A DNA stretch of 64,000 bases, taken from contig CAWGMQ010000003.1 of NCBI GenBank assembly GCA_963823665.1, positions 96,001 through 160,000 on the forward strand, read 5' to 3'. Source of the stretch: an uncultured Planctomycetota bacterium (GTDB lineage Bacteria; Planctomycetota; Planctomycetia; Isosphaerales; Isosphaeraceae). The notes under the pieces are model-generated. The model saw nothing but the letters and a program-made list of their open reading frames with translations. It made no database searches and was not told the origin of the DNA. The position numbers and the translations under genes were made by a program. Shown piece after piece: positions 1 through 11,466 of the stretch; positions within the stretch are counted from its first letter, which is position 1; each line of letters begins with the position of its first letter.

Positions 1-15
1 GGCACGATCGACTCC

Positions 16-915
16 GTGTACTCAGCCGTTCCGGCGCGTTTGTTCACCCTCACGACGGGAGTACCCCGCTTCCGGCTGATCGATGATGGACGATCGCTAC
101 GGTCCGGCCTCGTGCTGTACCTGCTCGAAACGTTGATCGAGGCTGTTCCCTCCCCGTGGCTCCAGTTCGGGTTGAGCGGTGCCCTGTCGGCCGACCCCGG
201 CAGCGACGCTCGCGAGCAGCTCTTACGCAGAATGAAAGTGGCCATCCAAAACGACACGACCGTGAAAGCCGACCAGCTTTTTTCCAGGCTGAGCGTTCTG
301 CAGACGCACGAGCTAGCGAGCCCCCTGATCGATCACGATCGCTTCGCACTGTTTGCGCAGTGGAGGGCACAGTCTCGGTCCGTGATCGAGCATCTCACCG
401 GCTCCGAGGCACCCCCGGATCGCCTGGGACGATTCCGCTCATTCCTCTGCGACTTGAAGGCAGCACCCTCCGAGGAAGCGGTGTTCAGACGCCACTTCGG
501 CTATGGCTTCGAAGCGTTGCTCGAACACTGGCAAGCCTGGGTCGACGAGCAGAGTTTGGGCGGCGACCCGATTCCACCGCCGGAGGTCCGCATCGCGATC
601 ATCGACCGACTCGTTCCCGCGATCGCCGATCGCAGCAAGAAAGCCCACGATCGAATCGTCGCGATGCGCTCGCTGGGCCTCACGGGCTTCGTCCTCGGCG
701 CCGACACGCTCATCGACGTGCTACGCGAGCGAGACGACCGATTGACTCCCACAGCCACTTGGGCGCTCGAATCAATCTCAGGTTTGTCCTTGGGCAACAA
801 CGCCGACTGGTGGTCCGACTGGTGGTCGACCCACAACCCAGCCGCCCGCGGCGATCTCGAGCGCGCCGAGCCGTTCGCCGCCGCCCCTGCGGTCGCTCCA
901 CTCACTCCCCCGTAG
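16..915 (+). CDS. Hypothetical protein, probably 5'-truncated by the window edge; C-terminal HEAT-like helices
   Basis: 299-aa ORF with coding-like codon usage, open to the window start; ends ALESISGLSLG..WWSDWW, as in planctomycete HEAT-repeat proteins. Confidence 0.55.
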   Translation: MYSAVPARLFTLTTGVPRFRLIDDGRSLRSGLVLYLLETLIEAVPSPWLQFGLSGALSADPGSDAREQLLRRMKVAIQNDTTVKADQLFSRLSVLQTHELASPLIDHDRFALFAQWRAQSRSVIEHLTGSEAPPDRLGRFRSFLCDLKAAPSEEAVFRRHFGYGFEALLEHWQAWVDEQSLGGDPIPPPEVRIAIIDRLVPAIADRSKKAHDRIVAMRSLGLTGFVLGADTLIDVLRERDDRLTPTATWALESISGLSLGNNADWWSDWWSTHNPAARGDLERAEPFAAAPAVAPLTPP

Positions 916-970
916 GATCCGCCATTGCGAACCGTCCTCCTGCATGCCTGTGACGACGCGTCCGCGCCGA

Positions 971-1801
971 TTATTTTCCCGAGTAGAACTCCGCATCCGC
1001 CCAATCCGCTGGCAGCTTCTCATTGCCCGCCATGGTCGAAATACCTTCAAAGATCTGGGGCGAAACCGTTGCTCGAATCCTTCGCACCGATCCATCCGCC
1101 ATCGCCACAAGCACAGAAGGTCCGTGCTGGCCGCCGAATTGCCGGCCTGCGCCGATGTACGGCTGGCGCGCCGGATCCAGTCCACGGACGGTCGCCCAAC
1201 CGGCCTGTATCCATGACCCGCCCACGTTCCCCGTTTCCGCGATCATCATCGTGTTCGCGGTGCCATCCTTGATGTCAGCCAAGATCGTCTGCCTGTCATA
1301 GCCGAACACGCCCGCACGGGCATCGCTCTTGGGGAGCCGGGCCGCGTCCTTCCCGAGCCCGGCGATTCCCACATAGGAGGCTGGTTCCGGACTTCCCAGC
1401 GCTGTGAGGGCAGCTCGCTCACAGTCCAGCAGCTTCTTCCTCTCATGTGCCATCACGAGGTTCTGGCCTGAATCCCAAGGCTCGTCCTTTTCAAGGGTGT
1501 CGTACTGATCCTGCTGATCAAGCTGAGCAAGAATCTGGGCATACCAGCTCAGCCGGCTCTCGGGCTCGAGGTCAGCGTTCGGCCAAGACCCGGCGGGGAA
1601 GACACCGTTGGCCGATTCGTACCCCAAAATTCCCAGCGCGATGTTATTGAGATTGCTGATACAGCGACCGCCAGGAACTTCGCGCCTCTCCGATTGACGT
1701 ACCGTTAACGCGATGAATGCAAAGACGAAACCAAGACCGACGATGACACGCATCGATCGCCCAATCGTAAACCGCGGTAAGAGCAGCGATCTCAAATTCA
1801 T
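971..1801 (-). CDS. DUF1559 (SBP_bac_10) / H-X9-DG domain protein
   Basis: N-terminal TM helix, CISNLNNIALG, SWYAQIL, DIKDGTANTMMIAE, and GQHGPSVLVAMADGSVR (H-X9-DG). Start has an ATGA overlap with the upstream paralogue. Confidence 0.9.
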   Translation of the reverse strand: MNLRSLLLPRFTIGRSMRVIVGLGFVFAFIALTVRQSERREVPGGRCISNLNNIALGILGYESANGVFPAGSWPNADLEPESRLSWYAQILAQLDQQDQYDTLEKDEPWDSGQNLVMAHERKKLLDCERAALTALGSPEPASYVGIAGLGKDAARLPKSDARAGVFGYDRQTILADIKDGTANTMMIAETGNVGGSWIQAGWATVRGLDPARQPYIGAGRQFGGQHGPSVLVAMADGSVRRIRATVSPQIFEGISTMAGNEKLPADWADAEFYSGK

Positions 1802-2631
1802 GGGCTCGCCTGTCCCCAACCCCTCGGCATCTTCTCGCCCCCCGCCATGGTCGAAATCGCCTCAAAAACCTTGGCCGAAATCGACGCGTCGATCCGTCGA
1901 ACCGACCCATCCGCCATGGCCACCAGCACGCCCCCGCCATGCTGGCCACCGAATTGTCGCCCAGCCCCGGTATAGGGCTGACTCGCAGGATCCAAACCAC
2001 GGACCGTCGCCGGACCAGCTTGAAGCCACGACCCGCTCACGCGCCCAGTTTCCGCGACCATCATCGTGTTCGCAGCACCATCCGTGATGTCAGACATCGC
2101 GGTCTGCCTTTCATATCCGAATACACCCGCGCGGGCATCGGTCTTGGCAATCCAGGGAGAATCCTTCCCGAGCCCAGCGATTCCGACGTATGGCGCCGGC
2201 TCGGGACTTCCCGGCGCACGGCGCGGCGCAGAATAGCAAGCGAGAATGCCAAAACGCTTGTGGGCAAGCTCGCCATTCTGCCCTGCATCCCAACGCTGGT
2301 TCGTTTCCAGGCTCTCATATTCAATGTGATGTTCGATGTAAGGAAGAATCTGTGCATACCAGCTCAGCCGGCTCTCCGGTTCAAGGTCGGCGCTAGCCCA
2401 GCTCCCGGCCGGGAACACACCGTTGAATGACTGGAACTCCAGAATTCCGAGCGCGATGTTACGCAGATTGTTAATACATCCGGCGCCCGGCGTCTCTCTC
2501 GGCCTTGGCCAAACGGCATACAGCAACATCGGGCCAACGAACATACCAAACGCGAGCAAGGCAATAATCAACATCGCTCGCCGGATCGTGACTCGGGGCA
2601 TGCGCAACGCTCTCTTCTGCACCAAACCCAT
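1798..2631 (-). CDS. DUF1559 / H-X9-DG domain protein (tandem paralogue)
   Basis: CINNLRNIALG, DITDGAANTMMVAE, GQHGGGVLVAMADGSVR; clearly homologous to 971..1801. Confidence 0.9.
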   Translation of the reverse strand: MGLVQKRALRMPRVTIRRAMLIIALLAFGMFVGPMLLYAVWPRPRETPGAGCINNLRNIALGILEFQSFNGVFPAGSWASADLEPESRLSWYAQILPYIEHHIEYESLETNQRWDAGQNGELAHKRFGILACYSAPRRAPGSPEPAPYVGIAGLGKDSPWIAKTDARAGVFGYERQTAMSDITDGAANTMMVAETGRVSGSWLQAGPATVRGLDPASQPYTGAGRQFGGQHGGGVLVAMADGSVRRIDASISAKVFEAISTMAGGEKMPRGWGQASP

Positions 2632-2676
2632 CAACTCCACCAATCCCTTGGCGACTGCCCACCCCCGCCAACTGCA

Positions 2677-4106
2677 TCATTTCGTCTCTACCCACTCCCT
2701 CCGCTCGAGCCCAAACCCCATTCGCGTCCGGAACCCCAGCAAGCTCCTGGTCAGCTCGCCCCCCTGGACAACCAGGTCATGAAGCGCCTGGTCGAGATGT
2801 TCGTCCGTCACGACGATCGCACCCTCGTCACCCACGGCAAACAGCGCAGCCCTTCGCAACAGCTCGCGGATGAACGCGGCGCTGCCGCTTTCGGTTCGCG
2901 CGATGAATCGAGACAGATTGGCGACTCTCAGCTCGAGGCCCTGGCCATAAAGCTCAAAAAGCCGGCGGCGGCACTCTTCATCCGGCGGCGGTATCTCGAC
3001 CGCCTGGTCCACTCGCCCGGGCCGGGCCGCCAGCGCCGGCTCGAGCAGCTCGGGACGGTTGGTCGTCAGCAAGAACAGCACATCCGCGTCGTCGGAAAGC
3101 CCGTCCATCTCGTTGAGCAGCTCGAAGAGGAGCGGAGTCGCACCTCCCGAGCCGCCCTCGGGCCGCGCGCCGGCGATCAGGTCCACATCCTCGAGTACGA
3201 CGATCGAAGGCTGCAAAGCTCGCGCCATAGCGCACGTGCGGCCGACCATCCCCAGCCCTCGCCCGCTCAGGAGTAGCACCGTCCGGTCGCGCATCGCGCC
3301 GGCGAGGTACATGATGGTGAGCGTCTTCCCCGTACCGGGCGGGCCGTGCAACAGCAACCCGCGCTTGAGGTGGCGTCCGGCTTCGAGCAATCGCCTGCTA
3401 TGGCGCCCGAACTCCACCGTCTGCCGCTCGATCCTCTCCAGCAATCCCGCCGGCAGAATGATCGCCGAGCGCTCGATCTCGGGCAAACGGTGAAACTTGA
3501 CAACCACATCCCGATGACCTTCGTTCGAGAGCGAGATCACATGTCCGCGATAGACGTTGCGCACTCGCATCGCTTCGCGAATGTCGCGCAAGAACCGCTC
3601 CGCCTGGCCGCGATCCGGCGCCATCACTTCGACCGTCAAGTTCTCCCGCGCGCGATGCGATCGTCGTGACGCACGAAGATGACCAGACGTGCTTCGCCAT
3701 CGCTCACCAGGAACAATCCGCGCTCCACGCAAGCAACAACCCGGTCGCCGTCCAGCGAGACATTGGCATACTCAACCGGCCCCTGATTGGCCTCACTGCG
3801 GAAGGCACCATGCGGAGCCACCAGGTCCGCCAGTCCACTTCCCATGAATCCATTGAGACCGACAACACCCAGAACCTCGGCAGAGCGGTTGCCGGCCGAG
3901 AGATACTCCTCGATCGCCGAATGCAAGTTCGGGTGGTCATACGCCAGAATCGGCTCGCCAACGACCGGCAGCTTCGACGGATCCGTTCCAAAGTGATCCC
4001 GCAGCTTCCGCACGAAAAACGGAGCTTCTTCGGGTTTCTTCTGCGACCGCATCTGGTCGATGAAGTCCTTGAACGAAGCGCCGAATTCGTCGGGATTGAT
4101 CGCCAT
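2677..4106 (-). CDS. AAA+ ATPase (proteasome-regulatory/FtsH-like single AAA domain), one frameshift near 3655
   Basis: ORFs 3636..4106 and 2677..3732 join; Walker A GPPGTGKT, Walker B VVLEDVD, LLNEMDG, TTNRP, ARPGRVD arginine finger. Confidence 0.85.
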
Positions 4107-4150
4107 GAAAGTCCTCCGTTCGATTGATTGTAGCATCGACATCGCCAGGA

Positions 4151-4174
4151 TCGTCAGGCTAAAGCCTGACCTAC
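4151..4174 (-). repeat. GTAG-type REP palindrome (GTAGGTCAGGCTTTAGCCTGACGA)
   Basis: GTAG tetranucleotide followed by a GTCAGGCT/AGCCTGAC hairpin; other copies at 10089, 52953 and 52988. Confidence 0.7.
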
Positions 4175-4333
4175 CAGGGGTTCCTCCCGCGCTGGTGGCC
4201 TCCGCGCGGTCGATTCGCGTACAATGGGGCATCTCGCGTGAGCACGCTGCCAGTCGATTTCACCCCCCGACTGACCTGACCCGGCAGCACGCACACGCGT
4301 GCATTCCCGATCCGATTCCCTGGAGCCTCGCTG

Positions 4334-5182
4334 ATGACCGAAACCGCCTTGACCACGATTCACGTCGGCCATAGCCCTGACTCGGACGATGCGTTCATGT
4401 TCTACGCCCTCACGCATGACAAGCTCGACACCGGCGGCCTGCGGTTCATCCATCAGCTCGAAGACATCGAAACCCTCAACCGGCGTGCCTTGAACGGCGA
4501 GCTCGAAGTCTCCGCCGTCAGCATCCACGCCTTCGCCCACCTGGCCGATCGCTATGCTCTGCTCGCCTCCGGCTCGAGCATGGGCGATCGCTACGGACCA
4601 ACCCTCGTCACCCGCGAGCCCATGACCCTGGACCAGATCCACGGCCAGACGATTGCAATCCCCGGCACACTCACCACAGCCTACCTCGCCCTCATGCTCT
4701 GCCTGGGCAAGGATGTGCCCGTCGTGGTCATGCCCTTTGACCGCATCCTGCCCGCTGTGGCCGAGGGACGCGTCACGGCAGGGCTCCTGATCCACGAAGG
4801 ACAGCTCTTTTACAGGGACCGCGGCCTTCATAAAGTGGTGGATCTGGGCGCCTGGTGGTTCGAGCAGACAGGTCTTCCCCTCCCCTTGGGCGGCAACGTG
4901 GTCCGCAAGGACCTGGGGCCAGAGATGGTCTCAAAAATCGCACGGCTCTTGAAGGAAAGCATTCGCTATGCCCTGGACAATCGCCAAGAAGCCCTCGACT
5001 ACGCGCTGGGCTACGCCCGCGGGCTCGATCCCGCCCTGGCTGACCGCTTCGTGGGCATGTACGTCAACGAGTGGACGGTCGACTACGGCCCGCGCGGACG
5101 TGAAGCCGTTCGCACCTTGTTCGCCCGCGCCTGGGAAGCCCGTTTAGTCCCGGGCCCGATTCCAGTAGAATTCACCGACTGA
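4334..5182 (+). CDS. mqnD: 1,4-dihydroxy-6-naphthoate synthase (futalosine menaquinone pathway, MqnA/MqnD family)
   Basis: [60 protein letters not shown]. Confidence 0.85.
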   Translation: MTETALTTIHVGHSPDSDDAFMFYALTHDKLDTGGLRFIHQLEDIETLNRRALNGELEVSAVSIHAFAHLADRYALLASGSSMGDRYGPTLVTREPMTLDQIHGQTIAIPGTLTTAYLALMLCLGKDVPVVVMPFDRILPAVAEGRVTAGLLIHEGQLFYRDRGLHKVVDLGAWWFEQTGLPLPLGGNVVRKDLGPEMVSKIARLLKESIRYALDNRQEALDYALGYARGLDPALADRFVGMYVNEWTVDYGPRGREAVRTLFARAWEARLVPGPIPVEFTD

Positions 5183-5201
5183 TTCACGCAAAGGATTCGA
5201 C

Positions 5202-7981
5202 ATGGCCAATTCATACGGCTCGCTTTCGTCTCTGGAAGTCGACAATCAAACCTTCAGCTATTACCGCCTCGACGCGCTCGAACAAAGCCGGGCTGCCGAT
5301 TTCGCATCTGCCTTTTTCACTCAAGGTCCTGCTCGAGAACCTGCTGCGCCATGAAGACGGCGTCACCGTCACCCGGGACGACATCAAGGCGCTCGCCAGT
5401 TGGAACCCCAAGGCCCAGCCCGACCGCGAAATCGCCTTCAGGCCCAGCCGCGTGCTCCTTCAAGATTTCACCGGAGTCCCCGCGATCGTCGACCTCGCCG
5501 CCATGCGCGACGCGATGAAGCGCCTGGGCGGCGACCCGAAGAAGATCAACCCCCTTCAACCCGTCGAGCTCGTCATCGACCACTCCGTGCAAGTCGATCT
5601 GGCCGGAACGCCGCAGGCGTTCCTGGTAAACGCCGCAAAAGGAGCTCGAGCGCAACCGCGAGCGTTACGCCTTCCTGCGCTGGGGCCAGAACGCCTTCGC
5701 CAATTTCCGCGTCGTCCCGCCCGATACCGGCATCGTGCACCAGGTCAACCTCGAATACCTGGCGCGAGTCGTCTTCTCAGCCGAGCAGAAGGGCGGCAGC
5801 CCCCTTGCCTATCCCGACACGCTCGTCGGCACCGACTCGCACACAACGATGATCAACGGCCTCGGCGTCCTGGGCTGGGGCGTGGGCGGCATCGAGGCCG
5901 AAGCCGCGATGCTCGGCCAGCCGGTTTCCATGTTGGTGCCCCAGGTCGTCGGCTTCCGCATCACCGGCACACTCCCCGAAGGCGGCACCGCCACCGACCT
6001 GGTCCTCACCGCCACACAAATGCTCCGGAAAAAGGGCGTCGTCGGCAAATTCGTCGAGTACTATGGGCCCGGTCTCGCCGGGCTTCCGCTGGCCGACAGG
6101 GCCACCCTCGCCAACATGGCACCCGAGTACGGCGCCACCTGCGGGCTCTTCCCGATCGACGCCGAAACCATCCGCTACCTCAAGCTCTCCGGGCGAAAAC
6201 CCGATGCGATCCGCCTGGTCGAAGCCTACGCGAAGGCCCAGGGCATGTTCGCCTCGGCGGGCTCGCCCGAGGCCGAATACTCCGATACACTCGAGCTCGA
6301 CCTCGCCACCGTCGAGCCCAGCCTGGCCGGCCCCAGACGGCCACAGGATCGAGTTCCGTTGAAGGATTCCAAATCTTCGTTCAAGGCAGCCCTCAAGGAG
6401 TTGATCGCCGCCGCGCCGGCCAAGAAAACGCCCTCCACAATGTCGCTGCCGCTGGTTGAGCGGTTCGCCTCCGAAGGCGGGGGCACCGCCGTCGGAGCCG
6501 ACGATCAGGTTGCCCATGAGACCACGTCGAAGTCGGCCCCGATCACCCACGGCTCGGTCGTGATCGCGGCAATCACAAGCTGCACGAACACGTCAAACCC
6601 GTCGGTGATGGTTGCCGCCGGCCTGCTGGCGAAAAAGGCAGTCGAGCGCGGGCTGCGCACCAAACCATGGGTGAAGGCGAGCCTGGCGCCTGGCTCGAAG
6701 GTGGTCACCGACTATCTCCAGGACGCCGGCCTTCAGTCTTACCTCGACCAGCTTCGTTTCAACCTGGTCGGCTACGGCTGCACAACCTGCATCGGCAACT
6801 CGGGCCCGCTCTCCCCCGCCGTGACCGAGGCCATTCACAAAGACGACCTGGTCGCCGCCGCGGTGCTCTCCGGCAACCGCAACTTCGAGGGGCGCATCAA
6901 CCCCGAGGTCCGCGCCAACTACCTGGCCTCCCCTCCCCTCGTCGTCGCCTACGCCTTGGCCGGCACCATGGATTTCGACATGCAGCGCGAGGCGCTGGGA
7001 AACGATCAGCAGGGTCGCCCGGTCTTCCTCAAGGACATCTGGCCCAGCCAGCGGGAAATCCAGGACACCATCTTGAAATCGGTTCGATCCGAGATGTTCC
7101 AGAGCAAGTACGCCGAAGTCTTCGAAGGCGACGAGAACTGGACCTCGCTCCCGACTCCCCAGGGTGATCTCTACGAGTGGGACTCCTCGTCCACGTACGT
7201 GAAAAACCCGCCCTACTTCACCGACATGACGGTCAAGCCCGCGCCGATCGCGCGTATCGAGAACGCGCGGGTGCTGGCCTTGCTGGGCGACAGCATCACG
7301 ACCGACCACATCTCACCAGCCGGCTCGATCAAGAAGGATAGCCCAGCCGGCCGTTACTTGATCGAGCGCGGCGTGAGCCCGGACGACTTCAACTCCTACG
7401 GAGCGCGCCGCGGCAACGACGAGGTGATGGTGCGTGGCACGTTCGCCAACATCCGTTTGAAGAACCGGCTCGCCCCGGGCACGGAAGGCGGCTGGACGCG
7501 ACACCTCCCCGACGGCGAGACCATGACGATCTTCGACGCTTCGGTGCGCTACCAGGCCGAGGGCGTGCCCTTGATCGTTCTGGCCGGCAAGGAATATGGA
7601 TCGGGCTCGTCGCGCGACTGGGCCGCCAAGGGCCCGCTGCTGCTCGGCATCAGCGGCGTCATCGCCGAGAGCTACGAGCGCATCCACCGCTCGAATCTGG
7701 TCGGAATGGGCATCCTTCCCCTTCAGTTCAAGCCCGGTGAAACCGCCGAAACCCTCAAGCTCACCGGCGAAGAGCTCTACACGATCGCCGGTCTGGACGA
7801 TCTGGCCCGCGGGACTTTCAAAGCGGGACGTGAGCTCGTGGTGACCGCTCGCGCCGCGAGCGGACCGCCGCTCGAATTCTCGGTCGCCGTCCGGATCGAC
7901 ACCCCCCAGGAAATGCGTTACTATGAACACGGCGGCATTCTGCCCTACGTGCTCCGACAATTGCTCGCCGGAGGAGCCTGA
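5202..7981 (+). CDS. acnA: Aconitate hydratase A, two apparent frameshifts (~5283, ~5640)
   Basis: [96 protein letters not shown]. Confidence 0.95.
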
Positions 7982-8010
7982 GCCGCCTTCCACGATCACG
8001 AGACTGGCTT

Positions 8011-8057
8011 GGGTGGCACTGGCTCTGCCAGTGTGGGTGCCACTGGCTGTGCCAGTG
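8011..8057. repeat. REP-like palindromes (GGTGGCACTGGCTCTGCCAGTG) between acnA and pdhA
   Basis: Two CACTGGC-n-GCCAGTG hairpins; a related copy lies near 27810. Confidence 0.5.
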
Positions 8058-8092
8058 TTTTCTTTCCGCGTCCACGCAGGAGTTAGAGGAAC

Positions 8093-9107
8093 ATGATGCA
8101 AGTGGAGACGGCCTCTGAGCCAATCGTCACGCGGGAACAAGCCCTGGACTGGCTTCGCCAGATGATGCTGATCCGCCGCTTCGAAGAGCGCGCGGAGATG
8201 ATGTATCAGAAGGGGAACAAGATCGGCGGCTTCTTTCATCAGTATAGTGGACAGGAACCGGTCGCCGTCGGTTCGATCGGCGCGCTCCGCGACACCGATT
8301 ATGTGATCACGGCATACCGCGATCACGGCCACGCGCTCGCCCGCGGTATGAGCGCAAACGCCGCCATGGCCGAATTGCTCGGCAAGGCAACCGGCTGCTC
8401 CAAAGGCAAAGGCGGCTCGATGCACTTCTTTGACGTCGAGAAGGGTTTCCTCGGCGGCCACGCCATCGTCGGCAGCCACATCGCGCTCGCCGCCGGGGTG
8501 GCCTTCGCCATCAAGTACCGCGGCGAAGACCGTGTGTGCATTTGCTACCTGGGCGACGGAGCCATCAACCAGGGGTCCGTTCACGAGGCCTTCAACATGG
8601 CCGCCCTCTGGAAGCTCCCCGTGATCTACGTGCTCGAAAACAACTTTTACGCCATGGGCACCTCGGTCAAACGCTCCTCGGCCGTGCTCGACCTGACGCT
8701 GCGCGGTGCCAAGGCTTACGGAATTCCCGGGCCGGCGATCAACGGCAACGACATCGAGCTCATGGCCAAGACCGTGCGTGACGCAGCCAAGCGCGCCCGC
8801 AACGGCGACGGACCCACCTTCATCGACGCCCACACCTACCGCTACAAGGGGCACTCGATCAGCGACCCGGCGAAGTACCGCCGCAAGGAAGAGCTCGATT
8901 CGGCCGTGAACCACGATCCGATCGTCGCCTACCAGAACGTCCTTCTGGAGAGAGGCTGGATCGATCAGGAAGAAATTGACGCCATCGTCACCGGCGTCAA
9001 GGACGAAGTCGAGCAGAGCATCGCATTTGCCGAGGAAAGCGATCCAGCCTCGTCCCGAAGCGCTGTACGAAGACATCACGGTCGGCCCTTACATCCCGCA
9101 GGAGTGA
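8093..9107 (+). CDS. pdhA: Pyruvate dehydrogenase E1 alpha (frameshift ~9043 near the C-terminus)
   Basis: IRRFEE, GFFHQYSGQE, GKGGSMH, TPP motif GDGAINQG..N, YRYKGHS; corrected end ALYEDITVGPYIPQE-TGA at 9105-9107. Confidence 0.93.
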
Positions 9108-9109
9108 TC

Positions 9110-10092
9110 ATGGCGGTGCTTTCGTTCCGTGAAGCCTTGAATCAGGCAATGACCGAGGAGATGGAGCGCGACGAGAACGTCTTTCTGATGGGCGAGGAAG
9201 TCGCCGAGTACGACGGCGCCTACAAGGTCAGCCAGGGTATGCTCAAGCGATTCGGCGATCGCCGCGTGGTCGACACGCCCATCTCCGAGGAAGGCTTCGC
9301 CGGCATCGGCATCGGCGCGGCCATGGTCGGCCTGCGGCCGATCATCGAGTTCATGACGTTCAGCTTCAGCCTGGTGGCGATCGACCAGATCGTGAACAAC
9401 GCCGCCAACATGCGCTACATGAGCGGCGGCCAGTTCTCGGTTCCCATCGTCTTTCGCGGCAGCTCGGGAATGGCCGGCTGCCTGGCCGCCACCCACTCGC
9501 ACCGGCTCGAAGCCTGGTACGCCCAGGTACCGGGCCTCACCGTGGTGCTGCCCGCCACCCCCGCCGACGCCAAGGGGCTGTTGAAAAGCGCCATCCGCTC
9601 CGATGACCCCGTCGTCTTCATCGAGCACGAAGTTCTCTATCCCGATAAAGGTGAAGTACCCGACGGCGAGCACCTCGTGCCGATCGGCAAGGCCGACATC
9701 AAGCGCGAAGGCTCGGACGTCACCCTGATCACGTATTCGCGCTCGCTCAAGGCCACCCTCGCGGCCGCCGACAAGCTGGCCGCAGGAAAACATCGACGCC
9801 GAAGTGATCGACCTGCGCACCGTGCGGCCGCTCGACCTCGACGCGCTCGTCCGCTCGGTAACCAAAACGCACCGCGCCGTCATCATCGAGGAAGACTGGC
9901 CCTATTGCGGCCTTGGGGCCGGCATCTCCGACCGGATCATGCAGGTCGCCTTCGACGAGCTCGACGCCCCCATCCGCCGCGTGGCCGCCAAGGACGCGCC
10001 GATCCCCTACAACCGTGCCCTCGAAGCCTCGATGCTCCCGTCCGCAGACACGCATCATCGCCGCAGTCAACGACGTCCTGTATCGCTCGTAG
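9110..10092 (+). CDS. pdhB: Pyruvate dehydrogenase E1 beta (frameshifts ~9782 and ~10049)
   Basis: FREALNQAM, GEEVAEYDGAYKVS, DTPISE, GLRPIIEFM, EVIDLRTVRPLD, LDAPIRRV. Confidence 0.93.
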
Positions 10093-10112
10093 GTCAGGCT
10101 TCAGCCTGACGA
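10089..10112 (+). repeat. GTAG-type REP palindrome overlapping the pdhB stop codon
   Basis: GTAGGTCAGGCTTCAGCCTGACGA. Confidence 0.7.
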
Positions 10113-10127
10113 TCACGGAGAACCGAA

Positions 10128-11441
10128 GTGCCGATCGAAGTCACGATGCCGAAGCTCAGCCCCACCATGGAAACCGGCGTGATCGCCCAGTGGCTGAAGA
10201 AGGTCGGCGACACGGTCAAGGAAGGCGACGTGCTGGCCGATATCGAGACCGACAAGGCCACCATGCCGATGAAGTCCTACGATGACGGCACGATCGTCCA
10301 CATCGATCACGCCGCCGGCGAGGAGGTCGCGCTCGGCCAGCGCGTGCTCGTGCTCGCCAAGAAAGGTGAAGACCCCAAGCAAGTCGCCGCCAGCCTCGGT
10401 TCCACCGGAGCAAAAAAAACGCCCGCTCCCGCTGAGAAAAAGAAGGCCGAGACCGAAGCCGCGCCGGCACCATCGGCAGAGAGCAGCCCTGCCGACAACG
10501 GCCAGGAATCTCCGACGGCCGAGCCGGTTCGCGCCGCATCCGGCCGCGTGAAGGCCAGCCCCCTGGCCAGGAAGGTCGCAACGGCCTCCAGCGTCGAGAT
10601 CGGCCAGGTACGCGGTACCGGGCCAGGCGGCAGAATCATCCGCCGCGACGTTGAGCTCTACCTCCAGAAGAAACCCGCCGGCTCCCCCGCCGGCCCCGGC
10701 CGCGCACCCGCGCCCCAGCCGGCCGGCGCACCTCGCTCCTCGCCGCCCCCGATCGCCGCCCAGCGCATTCCCCATTCACGAATGCGCAAGACAATCGCCC
10801 AGCGCATGTCGCAGGCCAAGCAGACGGCTCCCGAGATCCACCTGAGCGCAGATATCGTCGCGGACCGCATCGTCGCCGCCCGGGCCGAGATCAACAAGCA
10901 CCTGGCCGCCGAAGGAATCAAAGTCTCGATCAGCGACTTCGTCACCAAGGCCGTCGCGCTCTCATTGCGATTCAACCCGGGATTGAACGCCAGCTTCGAG
11001 CCCGACGCCATCGTTCGCCACGGCGAGATCAACATCGGCATCGCCGTCGCACTTGAGGACGGCCTGATCGTCCCTGTGCTTCATCATGCTGATACGCTAG
11101 GCCTACGCGAGATCCGCTTGCAGAGCGAAGCGCTCGCCGCTTCCGCCCGCAACAATACGCTCTCCGGCGAACAGCTTTCCGGCGGCACGTTCACGATTTC
11201 GAATCTTGGCATGTTCGGCACGCAGCAATTCGACGCAATCCTGAATCTTCCCCAGGTCGGAATCCTCGCGGTCGGCGCGGCCCTCAAGCGGCCAGTCGTG
11301 ATCGGCGACCGTCTCGAGGTCGGCACCGTGATGACGCTGACACTCACTGCCGACCACCGTGCCGTCGATGGAGCAAAGGCCGCCAGGTTTCTGCAAACCC
11401 TCAAGGGCTTGCTCGAAGAGCCGGCTTCCATGCTGGTGTAA
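10128..11441 (+). CDS. pdhC: Dihydrolipoamide acetyltransferase (PDH E2)
   Basis: Lipoyl domain IETDKAT, E3-binding ASPLARK..GTGPGGRI, catalytic TADHRAVDG. Confidence 0.95.
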   Translation: MPIEVTMPKLSPTMETGVIAQWLKKVGDTVKEGDVLADIETDKATMPMKSYDDGTIVHIDHAAGEEVALGQRVLVLAKKGEDPKQVAASLGSTGAKKTPAPAEKKKAETEAAPAPSAESSPADNGQESPTAEPVRAASGRVKASPLARKVATASSVEIGQVRGTGPGGRIIRRDVELYLQKKPAGSPAGPGRAPAPQPAGAPRSSPPPIAAQRIPHSRMRKTIAQRMSQAKQTAPEIHLSADIVADRIVAARAEINKHLAAEGIKVSISDFVTKAVALSLRFNPGLNASFEPDAIVRHGEINIGIAVALEDGLIVPVLHHADTLGLREIRLQSEALAASARNNTLSGEQLSGGTFTISNLGMFGTQQFDAILNLPQVGILAVGAALKRPVVIGDRLEVGTVMTLTLTADHRAVDGAKAARFLQTLKGLLEEPASMLV

Positions 11442-11466
11442 TCCAATCATTTCAGGATAAACATCA

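Noticed and set aside
5202..5700. Programmed frameshifting in acnA
   Set aside because: No canonical slippery heptamer with a stimulator, and similar indels affect many unrelated genes.
8093..10285. 730-aa PdhA-PdhB fusion in the ORF track
   Set aside because: A 1-nt correction at ~9043 gives a normal PdhA end (TGA 9105-9107) and a separate pdhB ATG at 9110 with a GGAG RBS; the fusion is an indel artefact.
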